In this document: positions 1 to 8,794 of the stretch, in pieces
Position numbering within the stretch: position 1 is the stretch's first letter
Layout: each line of letters opens with the position of its first letter
Source of the DNA: a virus
DNA length: 64,000 nt
IMG/VR virus record: IMGVR_UViG_3300044678_003030
Span: 1 to 64,000 of that record
Reading direction: 5' to 3' (one strand)
Translations under genes and position numbers: made by a program
Notes under the pieces: model-generated
Seen by the model: only the letters and a program-made list of their open reading frames with translations
What the model was told of the DNA's origin: nothing
Database searches by the model: none

Positions 1-464
1 GGGTGGGCCTCGTACGTGCCGTAGTCCACAGCAGGATCTCGCTCGAAGAGGACCGCAGGCTTCCTCCAAGGGCGCCAGACAGAGCCGGCGAGGTCTTTGC
101 CCTTGACGCGGTCGAGCGGTTCGTTGCACGTCTTTTCGATGCGACGGAAGGCGTGCCAAGGGAAGGTGCCAGCGAGCGCTGTCTCTTCGTAGCTCTGCGC
201 GCCGCGCCGCGCGTTGCAGCTCAGGCACGCCGTCACCAGATTGGTGGGGTGATTCGTACCTCCCTTGGACCACGGGTCAAGGTGGTCCAAGGAGAGACGG
301 AAGCTGCCCTTGATCACGTCAGCGACGGGTGCCTTGCGGTTGCACCAGACGCAGCGAAGCTGCTGAGTGCGCTGGCAACGGTCACGCCAGTAGATGGCGT
401 AACGCGTCGGGGGGTGGCACCACTTGTAGCCCTGGTAGGTGGCGCCTTTGCCGCGAGCAGGCAT
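1..464 (-). CDS. HNH endonuclease (runs off the window edge)
   Basis: Not in the ORF track. Manual translation from ATG 464: MPARGKGATYQGYKWCHPPTRYAIYWRDRC...RCVWCNRK...LSLDHLDPWSKGGTNHPTNLVTACLSCNARRG, a typical CxxC...DH...GG.N...NL..AC..CN HNH motif. Confidence 0.85.
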   Translation of the reverse strand, partial: MPARGKGATYQGYKWCHPPTRYAIYWRDRCQRTQQLRCVWCNRKAPVADVIKGSFRLSLDHLDPWSKGGTNHPTNLVTACLSCNARRGAQSYEETALAGTFPWHAFRRIEKTCNEPLDRVKGKDLAGSVWRPWRKPAVLFERDPAVDYGTYEAH

Positions 465-725
465 CTAGTCCTTTGGAAGGATAATGAAGGGCTCACTCGC
501 GCGCTTCCGGCAGACCGCGTTGAACTGGCCCCGATACAGATGCTCCGCGAAGAGCGCGAGGAAGATCTCGTGCTCGTAGAGATAGTCGCGACACGGAAGG
601 GCGTTGGGAGGGGGAGGGTGAGTCTGTGTCACGCACTCGACGACCTCGTCGAAGCTATTCGCGAGGTCGAGCTCCACGGCCCACTTACGGGCTATCCCCA
701 GGAGGTCCCTCGTCAGATTCGCCAT
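465..725 (-). CDS. hypothetical protein
   Basis: 3' part of ORF 465..1211 from ATG 725 (MANLTRDLLG...); abuts the HNH start. Confidence 0.55.
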   Translation of the reverse strand: MANLTRDLLGIARKWAVELDLANSFDEVVECVTQTHPPPPNALPCRDYLYEHEIFLALFAEHLYRGQFNAVCRKRASEPFIILPKD

Positions 726-1299
726 GGTCTCCGAGAGAGACAGATGGGGCCAAAGCATCCACGTCTTCAGGTGCGCGTGCGACACGTCGTTGCGGTGCAC
801 CATCTCGTGCAGCGCGAGCGGCACGCAAGCCCATCTCGCTCTTGAGCTGTCGGTTCTGTACCTCCAATCCCTCGACTCGTCGTCGCAGGTGCTTGAGCTC
901 ATCGCGACGACGTAGATCATCTCGGATGTGTCGGGCGACGAGCAGGCCAGAGACGCACAGCTCACGCGCTCGATCCCAGCGAGAGCGCCAGTCGACGTAA
1001 GCGTCTCCTGACAGCTTGCCCTTGTAGAGCTTGGCGCTGCTGTCGATGTCGTCGAGTCGCTCTTCGTGGAGCCTGACTTGCAACTCAGCTTCATGGTGGT
1101 CCTTCGCCGTAGGAACAAACATCGAGTCGTCGAACGCGACGAACGAGTGGGGGAGACCCTCAGACTTGCAGAAGGTGTCGAGGCGGTGGATGACGGAGGC
1201 GAGAGACTCACCCGGGGTCACCCACACACGGATGCGGTTGGCGCCCTCACGGCACACGTCGGCGCTGCCGCGAACGAAGACGATGTCGAGGCCGTTCAC
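685..1299 (-). CDS. hypothetical protein with C-terminal coiled coil
   Basis: GTG start at 1299 overlaps the upstream TGA inside a TTCAC-N3-GTGAA palindrome. Confidence 0.6.
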   Translation of the reverse strand: MNGLDIVFVRGSADVCREGANRIRVWVTPGESLASVIHRLDTFCKSEGLPHSFVAFDDSMFVPTAKDHHEAELQVRLHEERLDDIDSSAKLYKGKLSGDAYVDWRSRWDRARELCVSGLLVARHIRDDLRRRDELKHLRRRVEGLEVQNRQLKSEMGLRAARAARDGAPQRRVARAPEDVDALAPSVSLGDHGESDEGPPGDSP

Positions 1300-1493
1300 G
1301 GAGTGAAATCGTCCTTGGAGTCTTCCTCCTCGACGACCTCGCGCAGCGTCTTGCGGCAAACGCAACAGCGCTTGTGCGCCTCGTCGACGTACACGGTCTC
1401 CAATGAAGTCTCTGGTAGCGGGCACTTGAGGCAGTAGTAGGCACCCTTCTTGATCTTCCACCCGTAGTGGGACTTGTTCATCACATCACCCAT
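1296..1493 (-). CDS. small Cys-rich (zinc-finger-like) protein
   Basis: CLKC...CCVC; ends FTP* within the palindrome. Confidence 0.55.
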   Translation of the reverse strand: MGDVMNKSHYGWKIKKGAYYCLKCPLPETSLETVYVDEAHKRCCVCRKTLREVVEEEDSKDDFTP

Positions 1494-1624
1494 CCTGCGA
1501 TGAACCCTGCCAGCAGGGACAGCGCCAGTGCGGTTGCGTAGATCAGAGGAGAGAACGATTCGTCGCGCCGTGGGCCCCGTCGATTGTCGATCTCGACAGG
1601 CGGCACGAAATCCCGCGTGGTCAT
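1481..1624 (-). CDS. small membrane protein
   Basis: ATG 1624 overlaps the upstream stop; C-terminal hydrophobic helix. Confidence 0.5.
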   Translation of the reverse strand: MTTRDFVPPVEIDNRRGPRRDESFSPLIYATALALSLLAGFIAGWVM

Positions 1625-2091
1625 CGCACGCTCCTTCCTGCGTACCGCCGAATCCATCCGACCTGCCGCATCGCTAGGGGATCGGGGTAGCATCCCGCGA
1701 AGGGCTGCTCGGGTCGGTCATGCCCGACCCCGTGGTGGTAGCGACCGAGCACGTCCGCCCACGGACGACCAGGGCAGCGCACGCGACGAATGAAGCGCAG
1801 GCTCTCCAGGGCGATGCCTGCGGCGCGTCGAATGGAGAGGCGCTGACACCCCTCGTAGTGATCACGGCGCTGACAGACCTCGGGGTGAAGGCTCACCCAA
1901 TGGGTCACGCCGAACGGGGGATAGGAGGCGACGTGGAACCAGTTCTCGCTCTTGGCGATGGTCGTGAGGGCCGCGCGCTCAACTGCGCTTTCCGTGACAG
2001 CGACGATGGCCTCTGCGTAGACGGTGCGCTCGGTGTGATTCCGCTCGCCGGCCATCGCCATCATCATGGCCAGTACCTGTGAGATATCCAT
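1621..2091 (-). CDS. putative lytic transglycosylase / lysozyme-fold protein
   Basis: IAKSENWF resembles the catalytic-Glu motif and LGRYHHG resembles the SLT AYNxG motif. Confidence 0.5.
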   Translation of the reverse strand: MDISQVLAMMMAMAGERNHTERTVYAEAIVAVTESAVERAALTTIAKSENWFHVASYPPFGVTHWVSLHPEVCQRRDHYEGCQRLSIRRAAGIALESLRFIRRVRCPGRPWADVLGRYHHGVGHDRPEQPFAGCYPDPLAMRQVGWIRRYAGRSVR

Positions 2092-2399
2092 TACAAACCT
2101 TCTTTCGCATGGTGGACGTAGAGCGCGCTGCTCGTGAGCGCCGCCCGAATACCATCCACCCTCACCCGACTCTGCACGCAAGGCGCTTCGACCTTGGAGC
2201 CTTCGCGGATGACAGTGACAGTGCTGTAGTCTTCGTTGAACAAGAGCTCGTGCCCCTGTTCCTCATACAGGTGCACGAGCGGAATCGCTGAGGACATGGG
2301 CACGAACGGGCTAAGACCCAGGTCCTTGAGCCACTGACGCAGGTCAAGGTGCGCCCAGGCGCGGCGCCACACTTCTTCCGAGATGACGTTGTCTTCCAT
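2091..2399 (-). CDS. hypothetical protein
   Basis: ORF tightly packed in the leftward operon. Confidence 0.6.
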   Translation of the reverse strand: MEDNVISEEVWRRAWAHLDLRQWLKDLGLSPFVPMSSAIPLVHLYEEQGHELLFNEDYSTVTVIREGSKVEAPCVQSRVRVDGIRAALTSSALYVHHAKEGL

Positions 2400-2401
2400 G
2401 A

Positions 2402-2884
2402 CTATCTGCGTTCGTATAACACGACCGGACAGTCAGGCGACAGGATCTCGTTGGCGATCCATCGCGTGCGGTCATCCGCCGACCGCAGGAGCGTGTGGCT
2501 CGTCTCAACGCGCTCGACCTTCATGGGCACACCGTTGACGCTGTACCAGCGCGCGGCGCGCGCGAGCACCACGACCGCCTTGCGCAGGAAGCCTTCCTCG
2601 CCCACCCATGTCCAGCGTAGACGCCCGTGCCAGTGGGCTGCGAAGTCAGGGCCTTCGAAGCTGTATAGATGGTCGGCGTCTTCGGGGGCGAGGACGACGT
2701 TCGCGGACCAGACACCCTTGGCGTCGAAAAGATGGAGGAGCCCCGCGAACACAGCGGCCTCGTTCGCCATCGCGTCGGTCACCGGGCCGAGGTAGACCTC
2801 GGTACGGATTCCGCGCGGGCGAACGGGGCCGCCGTAAGAAAGGAAGCGCATGGGAGGAAGGCGTGGGCTGTCGGCCATGCCCAC
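2402..2884 (-). CDS. hypothetical protein
   Basis: ORF in the leftward operon. Confidence 0.6.
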   Translation of the reverse strand: MGMADSPRLPPMRFLSYGGPVRPRGIRTEVYLGPVTDAMANEAAVFAGLLHLFDAKGVWSANVVLAPEDADHLYSFEGPDFAAHWHGRLRWTWVGEEGFLRKAVVVLARAARWYSVNGVPMKVERVETSHTLLRSADDRTRWIANEILSPDCPVVLYERR

Positions 2885-2943
2885 GAGCTTACGTCACGGG
2901 CCGTCGCGGTTGACGTCGCGGTTGACGTCGTAGCCGAAGCGGA

Positions 2944-3273
2944 TCATACCCGCATCCTCGCGACGTCGTAGAGGATCTGACGGTGCGTGTCCGCCTCGAT
3001 CGCGCACCGCGCCGCCTCGTAGAACTCCTTGTTCTCGACGAGCGCTTCGACCTGCGTGTTCGCGTAGTCGAGCTTGTCGATGATCATCTTCTCGACGGCA
3101 TCGAGCGCGCTGTTGTAGCTCTTGCCGTGCTCGCCTGACCCGCCGAAGTGGTGCAGGCAGTAGTCGATGAGGTCGGCGATCACGGACATGCGGATGATGT
3201 TCGGCAAGGCGCGGATCGCGTCGCGCGCCTTGACCAACTCTTCGCGGTTGAAGTGGTAGTTGGGAGGGGTCAT
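2944..3273 (-). CDS. hypothetical protein
   Basis: ORF with ATGA coupling. Confidence 0.6.
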   Translation of the reverse strand: MTPPNYHFNREELVKARDAIRALPNIIRMSVIADLIDYCLHHFGGSGEHGKSYNSALDAVEKMIIDKLDYANTQVEALVENKEFYEAARCAIEADTHRQILYDVARMRV

Positions 3274-3716
3274 GGGGTTTGCGCCTCTTGGTAGGGGGAG
3301 ACCTGGAGACCTTCGAGCAAGGCCGGGTCGAGGTGCTTGAGCAAGTCAGATCGCAACTTCAGCTCTTTGCGGAAGCGCTCCGTAGCGGCTTGCAGTTCCA
3401 GGATCTTGCGGTTCGCGTAGTCCTCCTCGCGCTGAACACGATAGAGCAGTGATCGTGCCAGCCGGTTGAAGGCTTCTTCCTCGTTTACGTCATTGACGTT
3501 CTCGCCGTAGTACACGCCATCGGCGTTGCACGCCTCTACGACTACGAGGACGCGCGTACCGAGTACGCGCGCAGAGATGTCGACCTTGTCCACACCCCAG
3601 AGATGGCAGGCGAGGCGTTCGAGGCGTTCACGCGGTGAAAACTTCCTGGTCGGAGGATGTCGCTCTCCCAGTAGGTCGAGCAGTTCGTCGACGTCGTTCT
3701 CGTTGGTGTTGTTCAC
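3270..3716 (-). CDS. hypothetical protein
   Basis: GTG start inside palindrome 3712-3724 (MNNTNENDVDELL...). Confidence 0.6.
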   Translation of the reverse strand: MNNTNENDVDELLDLLGERHPPTRKFSPRERLERLACHLWGVDKVDISARVLGTRVLVVVEACNADGVYYGENVNDVNEEEAFNRLARSLLYRVQREEDYANRKILELQAATERFRKELKLRSDLLKHLDPALLEGLQVSPYQEAQTP

Positions 3717-3835
3717 GGCGTGAAACTCACACAGCGGCGGAAGACATCGACCGTGAGGGAGTTGCGCTCTTTGTCCAGGTAGACGGCGACGCACGGGAAG
3801 TGCCAGCCTGTGACATCCTGAGGATCAGGGTTCAT
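3713..3835 (-). CDS. 40-aa hypothetical protein
   Basis: Manual translation MNPDPQDVTGWHFPCVAVYLDKERNSLTVDVFRRCVSFTP*; fills the gap and is coupled at both ends. Confidence 0.45.
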   Translation of the reverse strand: MNPDPQDVTGWHFPCVAVYLDKERNSLTVDVFRRCVSFTP

Positions 3836-4112
3836 GATCGAGAGACTCCACCTTGAAAACAACCGCGACGCTGGCCTCACCCTCGAACCGGCGCATCTCC
3901 AGGAGCTCGAACTCGATCCGGGTGTCCGATCGGACTTGGTCCACGGTTTCGGTGATGAACTTGAGGGCGCCGGAGAGGTCAGCGCTGCGCATGAAGGTCA
4001 TGAGGGGCTTGAACAGGTCGGAGATGTACTCGCCGCTCTTTGTGATGTGCGTGTGGTAGGTGGTGTTGATGCCCGTCTTGTCGCAGAAGAGCCTGATGTA
4101 CTCGGTCTTCAT
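3825..4112 (-). CDS. hypothetical protein
   Basis: Coupled ORF. Confidence 0.6.
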   Translation of the reverse strand: MKTEYIRLFCDKTGINTTYHTHITKSGEYISDLFKPLMTFMRSADLSGALKFITETVDQVRSDTRIEFELLEMRRFEGEASVAVVFKVESLDHEP

Positions 4113-4387
4113 GATTCCTCGTAGTCGAGCGAGATGCGGAACTTCGGACCCTGCTTCTCATCCAGGGTGACCTCCAGGTTTGTCGCCGTGAAGCCGAACG
4201 GGATGAGGCTCTGGATGGCGCTCGTAAGACCCCCCGCCAAATCAGCGAAGGTTGTCGAACCGCGCGTGCAGTGCTCGATCTGCCTGCGGACCATGTTGTA
4301 CGGCGCTTGCTGGAGCCCCGTCGAGTAACCCGTGATCCGCCCCGGCCCCTTGTGGGGGTCGGAGTAGAAGTCGATGGTCTTCTTCAT
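4109..4387 (-). CDS. hypothetical protein
   Basis: Coupled ORF. Confidence 0.6.
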   Translation of the reverse strand: MKKTIDFYSDPHKGPGRITGYSTGLQQAPYNMVRRQIEHCTRGSTTFADLAGGLTSAIQSLIPFGFTATNLEVTLDEKQGPKFRISLDYEES

Positions 4388-4554
4388 TGAATGTCCATCC
4401 CGTCGATCTCCACGATGGCGGTCTGCGGGTCAGCCTGCTTCAGCAGAGCCGCAGGGTTCATCGACTTGACTTGCTCTTCGATGTCCTCCTCGTCGACGCC
4501 CTCGACCTCGATGATACCAGCGACGCGGACGTCGTATGAGACGATTGCTCTCAT
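4384..4554 (-). CDS. small acidic hypothetical protein
   Basis: ATG 4554 MRAIVSYDVRVAG... Confidence 0.55.
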   Translation of the reverse strand: MRAIVSYDVRVAGIIEVEGVDEEDIEEQVKSMNPAALLKQADPQTAIVEIDGMDIQ

Positions 4555-4559
4555 TGTTC

Positions 4560-4949
4560 TCAGCCCTTCGAACTCAGCCAGCTCATGACCTCTGCCAGAC
4601 CCTTTTGCGCCACCGCCTCGATCTCTTCCACGGTGGGGATACGCGCCTTCTTGTTGTTCACGACCGCGCACGCGCCAGGGAAGTGAAGCAGCGTGAACTG
4701 GTCCTCGGGGGACCGAGGCGGGTTGAGAGCCTTTCCGTACTCTTTGTTGAGGACGGCCCAATAGAAGTCGCGCATGTACTCAGGGTTGCTCCACCTCACG
4801 GGGAACAACACTGTCATGATCAGGTGCACCGAACAGAGTTGCACAGGGTACACACCCTCACAGGCGCCCTCGTAGACCGCGAAGTGATCCCAGGTCACGC
4901 CACGGCCGTTACGCTCGTAGCGAATGAGATGAAGCACGCAGGCGTCCAT
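4560..4949 (-). CDS. hypothetical protein
   Basis: ORF from MDACVLHL... Confidence 0.55.
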   Translation of the reverse strand: MDACVLHLIRYERNGRGVTWDHFAVYEGACEGVYPVQLCSVHLIMTVLFPVRWSNPEYMRDFYWAVLNKEYGKALNPPRSPEDQFTLLHFPGACAVVNNKKARIPTVEEIEAVAQKGLAEVMSWLSSKG

Positions 4950-5218
4950 CACGGCAGTCCTCCATATCCGCACGTGCTCGCGAACGACTCAGCGAGCTCC
5001 GCGCGGCGTTGCATTTTCTCGTAGACGATGCGGCCATCGAGCAACCTCTGCTCCATCGCCTTGACGGTGTCATTGCGGATGTCGAGCGCGAGGCGCAGCC
5101 CCTCCCTTTGTTGGATCAGCTCCGCGAGCACCTGCGCGAGCTCCTTGTCCGGGTCCATGGCGAGGTTCAGGCGCATCTGCAATCGCTCGACTTCGGCGCG
5201 TACCTTGTCTTCCTTCAC
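4949..5218 (-). CDS. coiled-coil hypothetical protein
   Basis: Heptad-rich ORF. Confidence 0.55.
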   Translation of the reverse strand: MKEDKVRAEVERLQMRLNLAMDPDKELAQVLAELIQQREGLRLALDIRNDTVKAMEQRLLDGRIVYEKMQRRAELAESFASTCGYGGLP

Positions 5219-5574
5219 TGTGCATCCTTCTTCTCGTTGGCGGCGCGGAAGACGGCGACGAAGCCCTCGGGGTGGTCGCCGTTCTCGCGGTCAGACAGCA
5301 CGAAGACGTAGTCGGGGTGGACGTCGCGCCACACCGTGATCGCGGGGGAGCTACAACCATCACCGATCTCGACGCGGGCACCGATGAGGTAACCATCTCC
5401 GTCTTTGAGCTTCCACTCCTTCACGTGAAGCCACGTGAAGTCGAAGTTCACTTCACCATCAAGAGCATCAGCAAGCTGGCTCACGAGAGTTTTGCGGAAC
5501 GCCTCGATGGCGCTGTAGTGCGAGGAAATGCTCTCGATGAGCGTGGCCGTCATCCTTTGTTCGTAGGTGATCAC
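5215..5574 (-). CDS. hypothetical protein
   Basis: Coupled ORF. Confidence 0.6.
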   Translation of the reverse strand: MITYEQRMTATLIESISSHYSAIEAFRKTLVSQLADALDGEVNFDFTWLHVKEWKLKDGDGYLIGARVEIGDGCSSPAITVWRDVHPDYVFVLSDRENGDHPEGFVAVFRAANEKKDAQ

Positions 5575-5951
5575 TGAGCAGCCTCCTTCTCCAGGCGCTT
5601 CGCGATGTCAATCAGGTTGAAGATGTCTTCCTTGGTGCGTCCGTGCGCGTCATTGAACACCACGATGTCGATGTCTCCGTTGAGATAATCGGTGTAGTCC
5701 TCGCCCGTCAGGACACGCCCCAAGGCTTTGTGGAGCGGGCGGGTCGCGCGGTCGCGGACGTCGTCCACCCCGCTACGGGAAGCGCACGCGAGCACCAGCG
5801 CACCACGAAGACAGAAGGAACACGCAGTGGGCTCGGCGTAGTCCGTCGGCTTGCCCTCCGCATCACGGGCGTACGTCCCCTGCGTCCACCCCTTCTCCGT
5901 CAGGATCTTCTTGGTCTCATCCAGGACATCGATCACGTCGTTGTAGCTCAT
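5571..5951 (-). CDS. DUF6197-like phage protein
   Basis: GWTQG..ARD...FCLRGAL...FND..GRTKEDI pattern. Confidence 0.6.
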   Translation of the reverse strand: MSYNDVIDVLDETKKILTEKGWTQGTYARDAEGKPTDYAEPTACSFCLRGALVLACASRSGVDDVRDRATRPLHKALGRVLTGEDYTDYLNGDIDIVVFNDAHGRTKEDIFNLIDIAKRLEKEAAQ

Positions 5952-7618
5952 TGGATCTCCTCGATTGCCTTGTAGATGCTCTTCCAGCGGCGGAGCGCGA
6001 CGCCCTTGATGTTGGCGTCAAGCCACGCGGCGTCGTGGAGCTGCGCGATCGTGGTGCCGCGCTTGTTGAGGATGGCGCGGACGTAGGCGGCGCGGCGGCG
6101 CAGCCGGGCGAGTGAGTGGTGAGGGAAGCGCTTCAAGAAGTCCCCCCAGAAGTCAGCGCGCTTCCACTTCCTGGCGTAGAGCGACAGGTAGGTGTCCTCT
6201 GCGATCGTGAAGGGGTACGCCTTGGCCCGCTTGCGCCGCTTGGCGTCCGTGGCCTCGTTGAACGCCTTCTTCCAGTCCAGCTTGGAGCCATAGAGACGCT
6301 GGAGGTGCGCCGAGAGGGCCGGCTGCTTGAGATGCGTCGCGAGGACAGAGAGCGAGACGAAGAGCGTCGCGGGGACATCTCGGAACCGGTAGCAGGGGGC
6401 GCCGGCCTCGTTGTAGGCGGCGAAGTCCTTGGCGGCGAGGTTGACGAGGAGACCAGGAGGGATGTTGTTGAAGGCGTCGATGTTGATGAAGAGGGTTTCG
6501 TTCTTGCGGCCGAGCGAGAGCGTGGGCGTGGTGACGAGGTCCGCGAACTCGGCGGGAGTACGAACCGTGATCTCCTTGAGGCGCCGATGGCGTGGAGGTC
6601 TTTCACCCCGTGAAAGGTGCTGGCCAGTGGTCTTCTCGGCGCGCTTGATGAACGCGGAGGCGTCGGCCCGGTAGATGACCGTGAAGTTGGCAGGGCTGTA
6701 GCTGACCGACTGGAGCTGATCGGTGCGCTCGAAGATGCGCACGCACGTGTCCTGCCCTGCGGTGCGGAAGGTCTCGCGGAGCCAGTCGCGCAGGTTCGCG
6801 GCGGCTGAGATGCGCTTGGCCTCTGGCACGGCCTCGGCGATCGTTTCGGCGCGGAGCCACGCGGGGTGGTCACCCGTGGTGATGACGTCGAGGGCGACGC
6901 CCTCGTGCCGGATCACGACGTAGTTGTTGTCGACCATGACACCGTAGCGCTCGCGACGGAGGAGGGCTGCGAGCTCTTCAGCGTAGGAAGTGCGGCAGGA
7001 GATGGGGAGAGTGCAGACAGCGTCGACGAGGTGGGTGTTGTCGATGAGGCCAGGAGCGTCGACGAAGGCAGGGGCGTAGAGCTCGGAGACGCTCAGGTCT
7101 GCGTTGGAGGCGCCGGTCCAGAGGTAGGGGGCGAAGAGGAGGTTGAACTCCTTACGCAGCAGCGTGCGTACACGCGGGCGAAGGCGCAGCAGTCGCGCGA
7201 GCTGCGTGCGGACCTGGGAGAAGCGGTCGAGGTCGCCAGCGGTCGTGTGGCCAGGGCTCTCGACGAGGTGGGAGCTGAGGACCGAGGGGAACGGAGGTTG
7301 GACGAGTGGGCCGAAGGCGGCGAGGCGAGCCCTGATGAGAGGGCAGACGGCGTCGAAGGCGGGGGACGCCGCGATGAGCTGGAGCGCGATGAGCGTCGGC
7401 TGCGACGACTCGATCGAGCCCTCGGGCGGCAAGAGCCCTGTGGCGAGCTTCGCCCAGTCCAGGCGCAGACGGCGGCTGGGGGTGACCCCCGCGAACGAGA
7501 CCCCCGCAGGGAGCGACCCGGAATGGTGCGTTACGAGGTTTTGCAGGGCAGAAACCATATAACGACGCCAAGAGGCTTCCCAGCTAGGCTTTATAGCGAG
7601 CGGCTTCTCATCTTTCAT
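5948..7618 (-). CDS. 556-aa putative DNA-binding protein with C-terminal Myb/SANT-like HTH
   Basis: RBS CAAGGAG upstream. C-terminus FTIAEDTYL...W...FLKRFPHHSLARLRRRA matches the Myb repeat pattern. Very basic C-terminal third. Confidence 0.6.
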   Translation of the reverse strand: MKDEKPLAIKPSWEASWRRYMVSALQNLVTHHSGSLPAGVSFAGVTPSRRLRLDWAKLATGLLPPEGSIESSQPTLIALQLIAASPAFDAVCPLIRARLAAFGPLVQPPFPSVLSSHLVESPGHTTAGDLDRFSQVRTQLARLLRLRPRVRTLLRKEFNLLFAPYLWTGASNADLSVSELYAPAFVDAPGLIDNTHLVDAVCTLPISCRTSYAEELAALLRRERYGVMVDNNYVVIRHEGVALDVITTGDHPAWLRAETIAEAVPEAKRISAAANLRDWLRETFRTAGQDTCVRIFERTDQLQSVSYSPANFTVIYRADASAFIKRAEKTTGQHLSRGERPPRHRRLKEITVRTPAEFADLVTTPTLSLGRKNETLFINIDAFNNIPPGLLVNLAAKDFAAYNEAGAPCYRFRDVPATLFVSLSVLATHLKQPALSAHLQRLYGSKLDWKKAFNEATDAKRRKRAKAYPFTIAEDTYLSLYARKWKRADFWGDFLKRFPHHSLARLRRRAAYVRAILNKRGTTIAQLHDAAWLDANIKGVALRRWKSIYKAIEEIQ

Positions 7619-7752
7619 GAAGGCTCCTTGAGTTGAAGGGTCTTGCGGCGAACTAAAAATCAGGGGCGCTGTGAAATATAGGTACCCTGCGAAGGGTGTT
7701 GTTGCAGGAATCAGCGACGCTGTAAAGGAAATCGAGCAGGTTCGACTAGAGA

Positions 7753-7780
7753 CTTATACCAAATATATCAGGGCCTTTAG
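7753..7780 (-). promoter_or_regulatory. phage promoter AAA-N15/16-GGTATAAG (left IR arm)
   Basis: Reverse complement TAAAGGCCCTGATATATTTGGTATAAG, upstream of the leftward operon. Confidence 0.6.
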
Positions 7781-8377
7781 CTTTCGCAACGCAACCCATT
7801 GAAGCTGCTCAGGAAAGCCTGTGATCAGAATGTCACTATAGGACGAGTTTCACGTTTTGGCCTACAGCACAGGCAAATCCACGAGTTTTGCGCTCCAGGT
7901 TGACAACCTCCAAATACATAGGGGGGGTCTGAAGAGCTCACGTACGCACGCGACCTCCTCAACATAGTGTAGCGTAATGTATCTATAATATATTAGGTTT
8001 CCTGGACACGTATATATTGAGACCCTCAGAGCTGCTGAAATTCTGTAAAGGCTGCAAACCCCGTAGGGGCACCCTCCGGGTGATCCCGAACAAGGCGCGG
8101 CGCGGCGCCGCCCGGTTCGCGGCCTCGCGGTGTGTTTCGCTTGGATTCCCGGTGAATTCGCGCTGCCGGAGGTCGGTGGGAGATCGGCCCACCAATGCCG
8201 GGCTCCTCCGTGGAGGGAGTGCGCTCTGCTCTGGACCCCCTATGTATTTGGAGGTCGTCAACCTGGATCGCAAAACTCTCGGATTTGCCTGAGTTACAGC
8301 GCAAAACGTGAAACTCGGCCTATAGTGACATTCTTGTCGAAGCCTTTCCTGGGTGTTTTCAGCCGGTTGCGCTGCAA

Positions 8378-8408
8378 AAAAAGATGGCCCTAATATATTT
8401 GGTATAAG
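8378..8408 (+). promoter_or_regulatory. phage promoter (right IR arm)
   Basis: AAAAAAGATGGCCCTAATATATTTGGTATAAG. Confidence 0.55.
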
Positions 8409-8542
8409 TCTCTAATCAACGTTGAGCTTTCTACCTTGTTCTGCTGTGATTTCCTGCAACAACACCCTTCACAGGGTACCTATACTTCACGCGAAGGCTT
8501 CACCTTTATTTCGTTCGTTCACCTGCTTTTCAGGACGTTCCA

Positions 8543-8743
8543 GTGAACGATGAGAAATCGCCCAGTATAAAGCCTTCAACACAAGCTTTTCTCCCGTTAT
8601 ATCCGTTTCTCTGTGTGCTGTTCCGCTGTGGCCCTCGTGCCTCGCCGCCCGACCCCCGAATTCGCGGGCTAACGACCTCCCACGTCATGCAGCGTCCACG
8701 GCGCTCACCTCCCCTACGCTGTGTGTCTTGCACCTACATGTAG
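8543..8743 (+). pseudogene. degenerate inverted copy of the 5' end of the 556-aa gene
   Basis: MNDEKSPSIKPSTQA versus MKDEKPLAIKPSWEA; the DNA homology also covers the RBS region. Confidence 0.55.
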
Positions 8744-8794
8744 TAGACGCAGCTTTCCCATCCGTAGGCATCGGGAGCCTTCGGCGGCGTCTAG

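Larger units (their letters stand above)
7545..8612. repeat. long imperfect inverted repeat (arms about 7545-7930 and 8232-8612) around a ~300-bp core
   Basis: 7671 GTGAAATATAGGTACCCTGCGAAGGGTGTTGTTGCAGGAA matches the reverse complement of 8451-8490. 7828-7930 matches the reverse complement of 8232-8334. Core contains TAATGTATCTATAATATATTAGG. Confidence 0.9.

Noticed and set aside
462-467. In-frame TAG immediately followed by ATG (possible stop-codon recoding)
   Set aside because: Conserved genes are not interrupted by TAG, and several genes end in TAG normally; the standard code fits
2903-2930. 12-bp tandem duplication GTCGCGGTTGAC
   Set aside because: Two copies only; probably slippage, with no supporting context
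5420-5429. TTCACGTGAA, a canonical parS-like core without spacer
   Set aside because: Single copy lacking the outer TGT/ACA, inside a CDS; not counted with the N3 family
7983-8393. Short ORFs within the inverted-repeat core
   Set aside because: Atypical composition, no RBS, and overlap on both strands; likely non-coding
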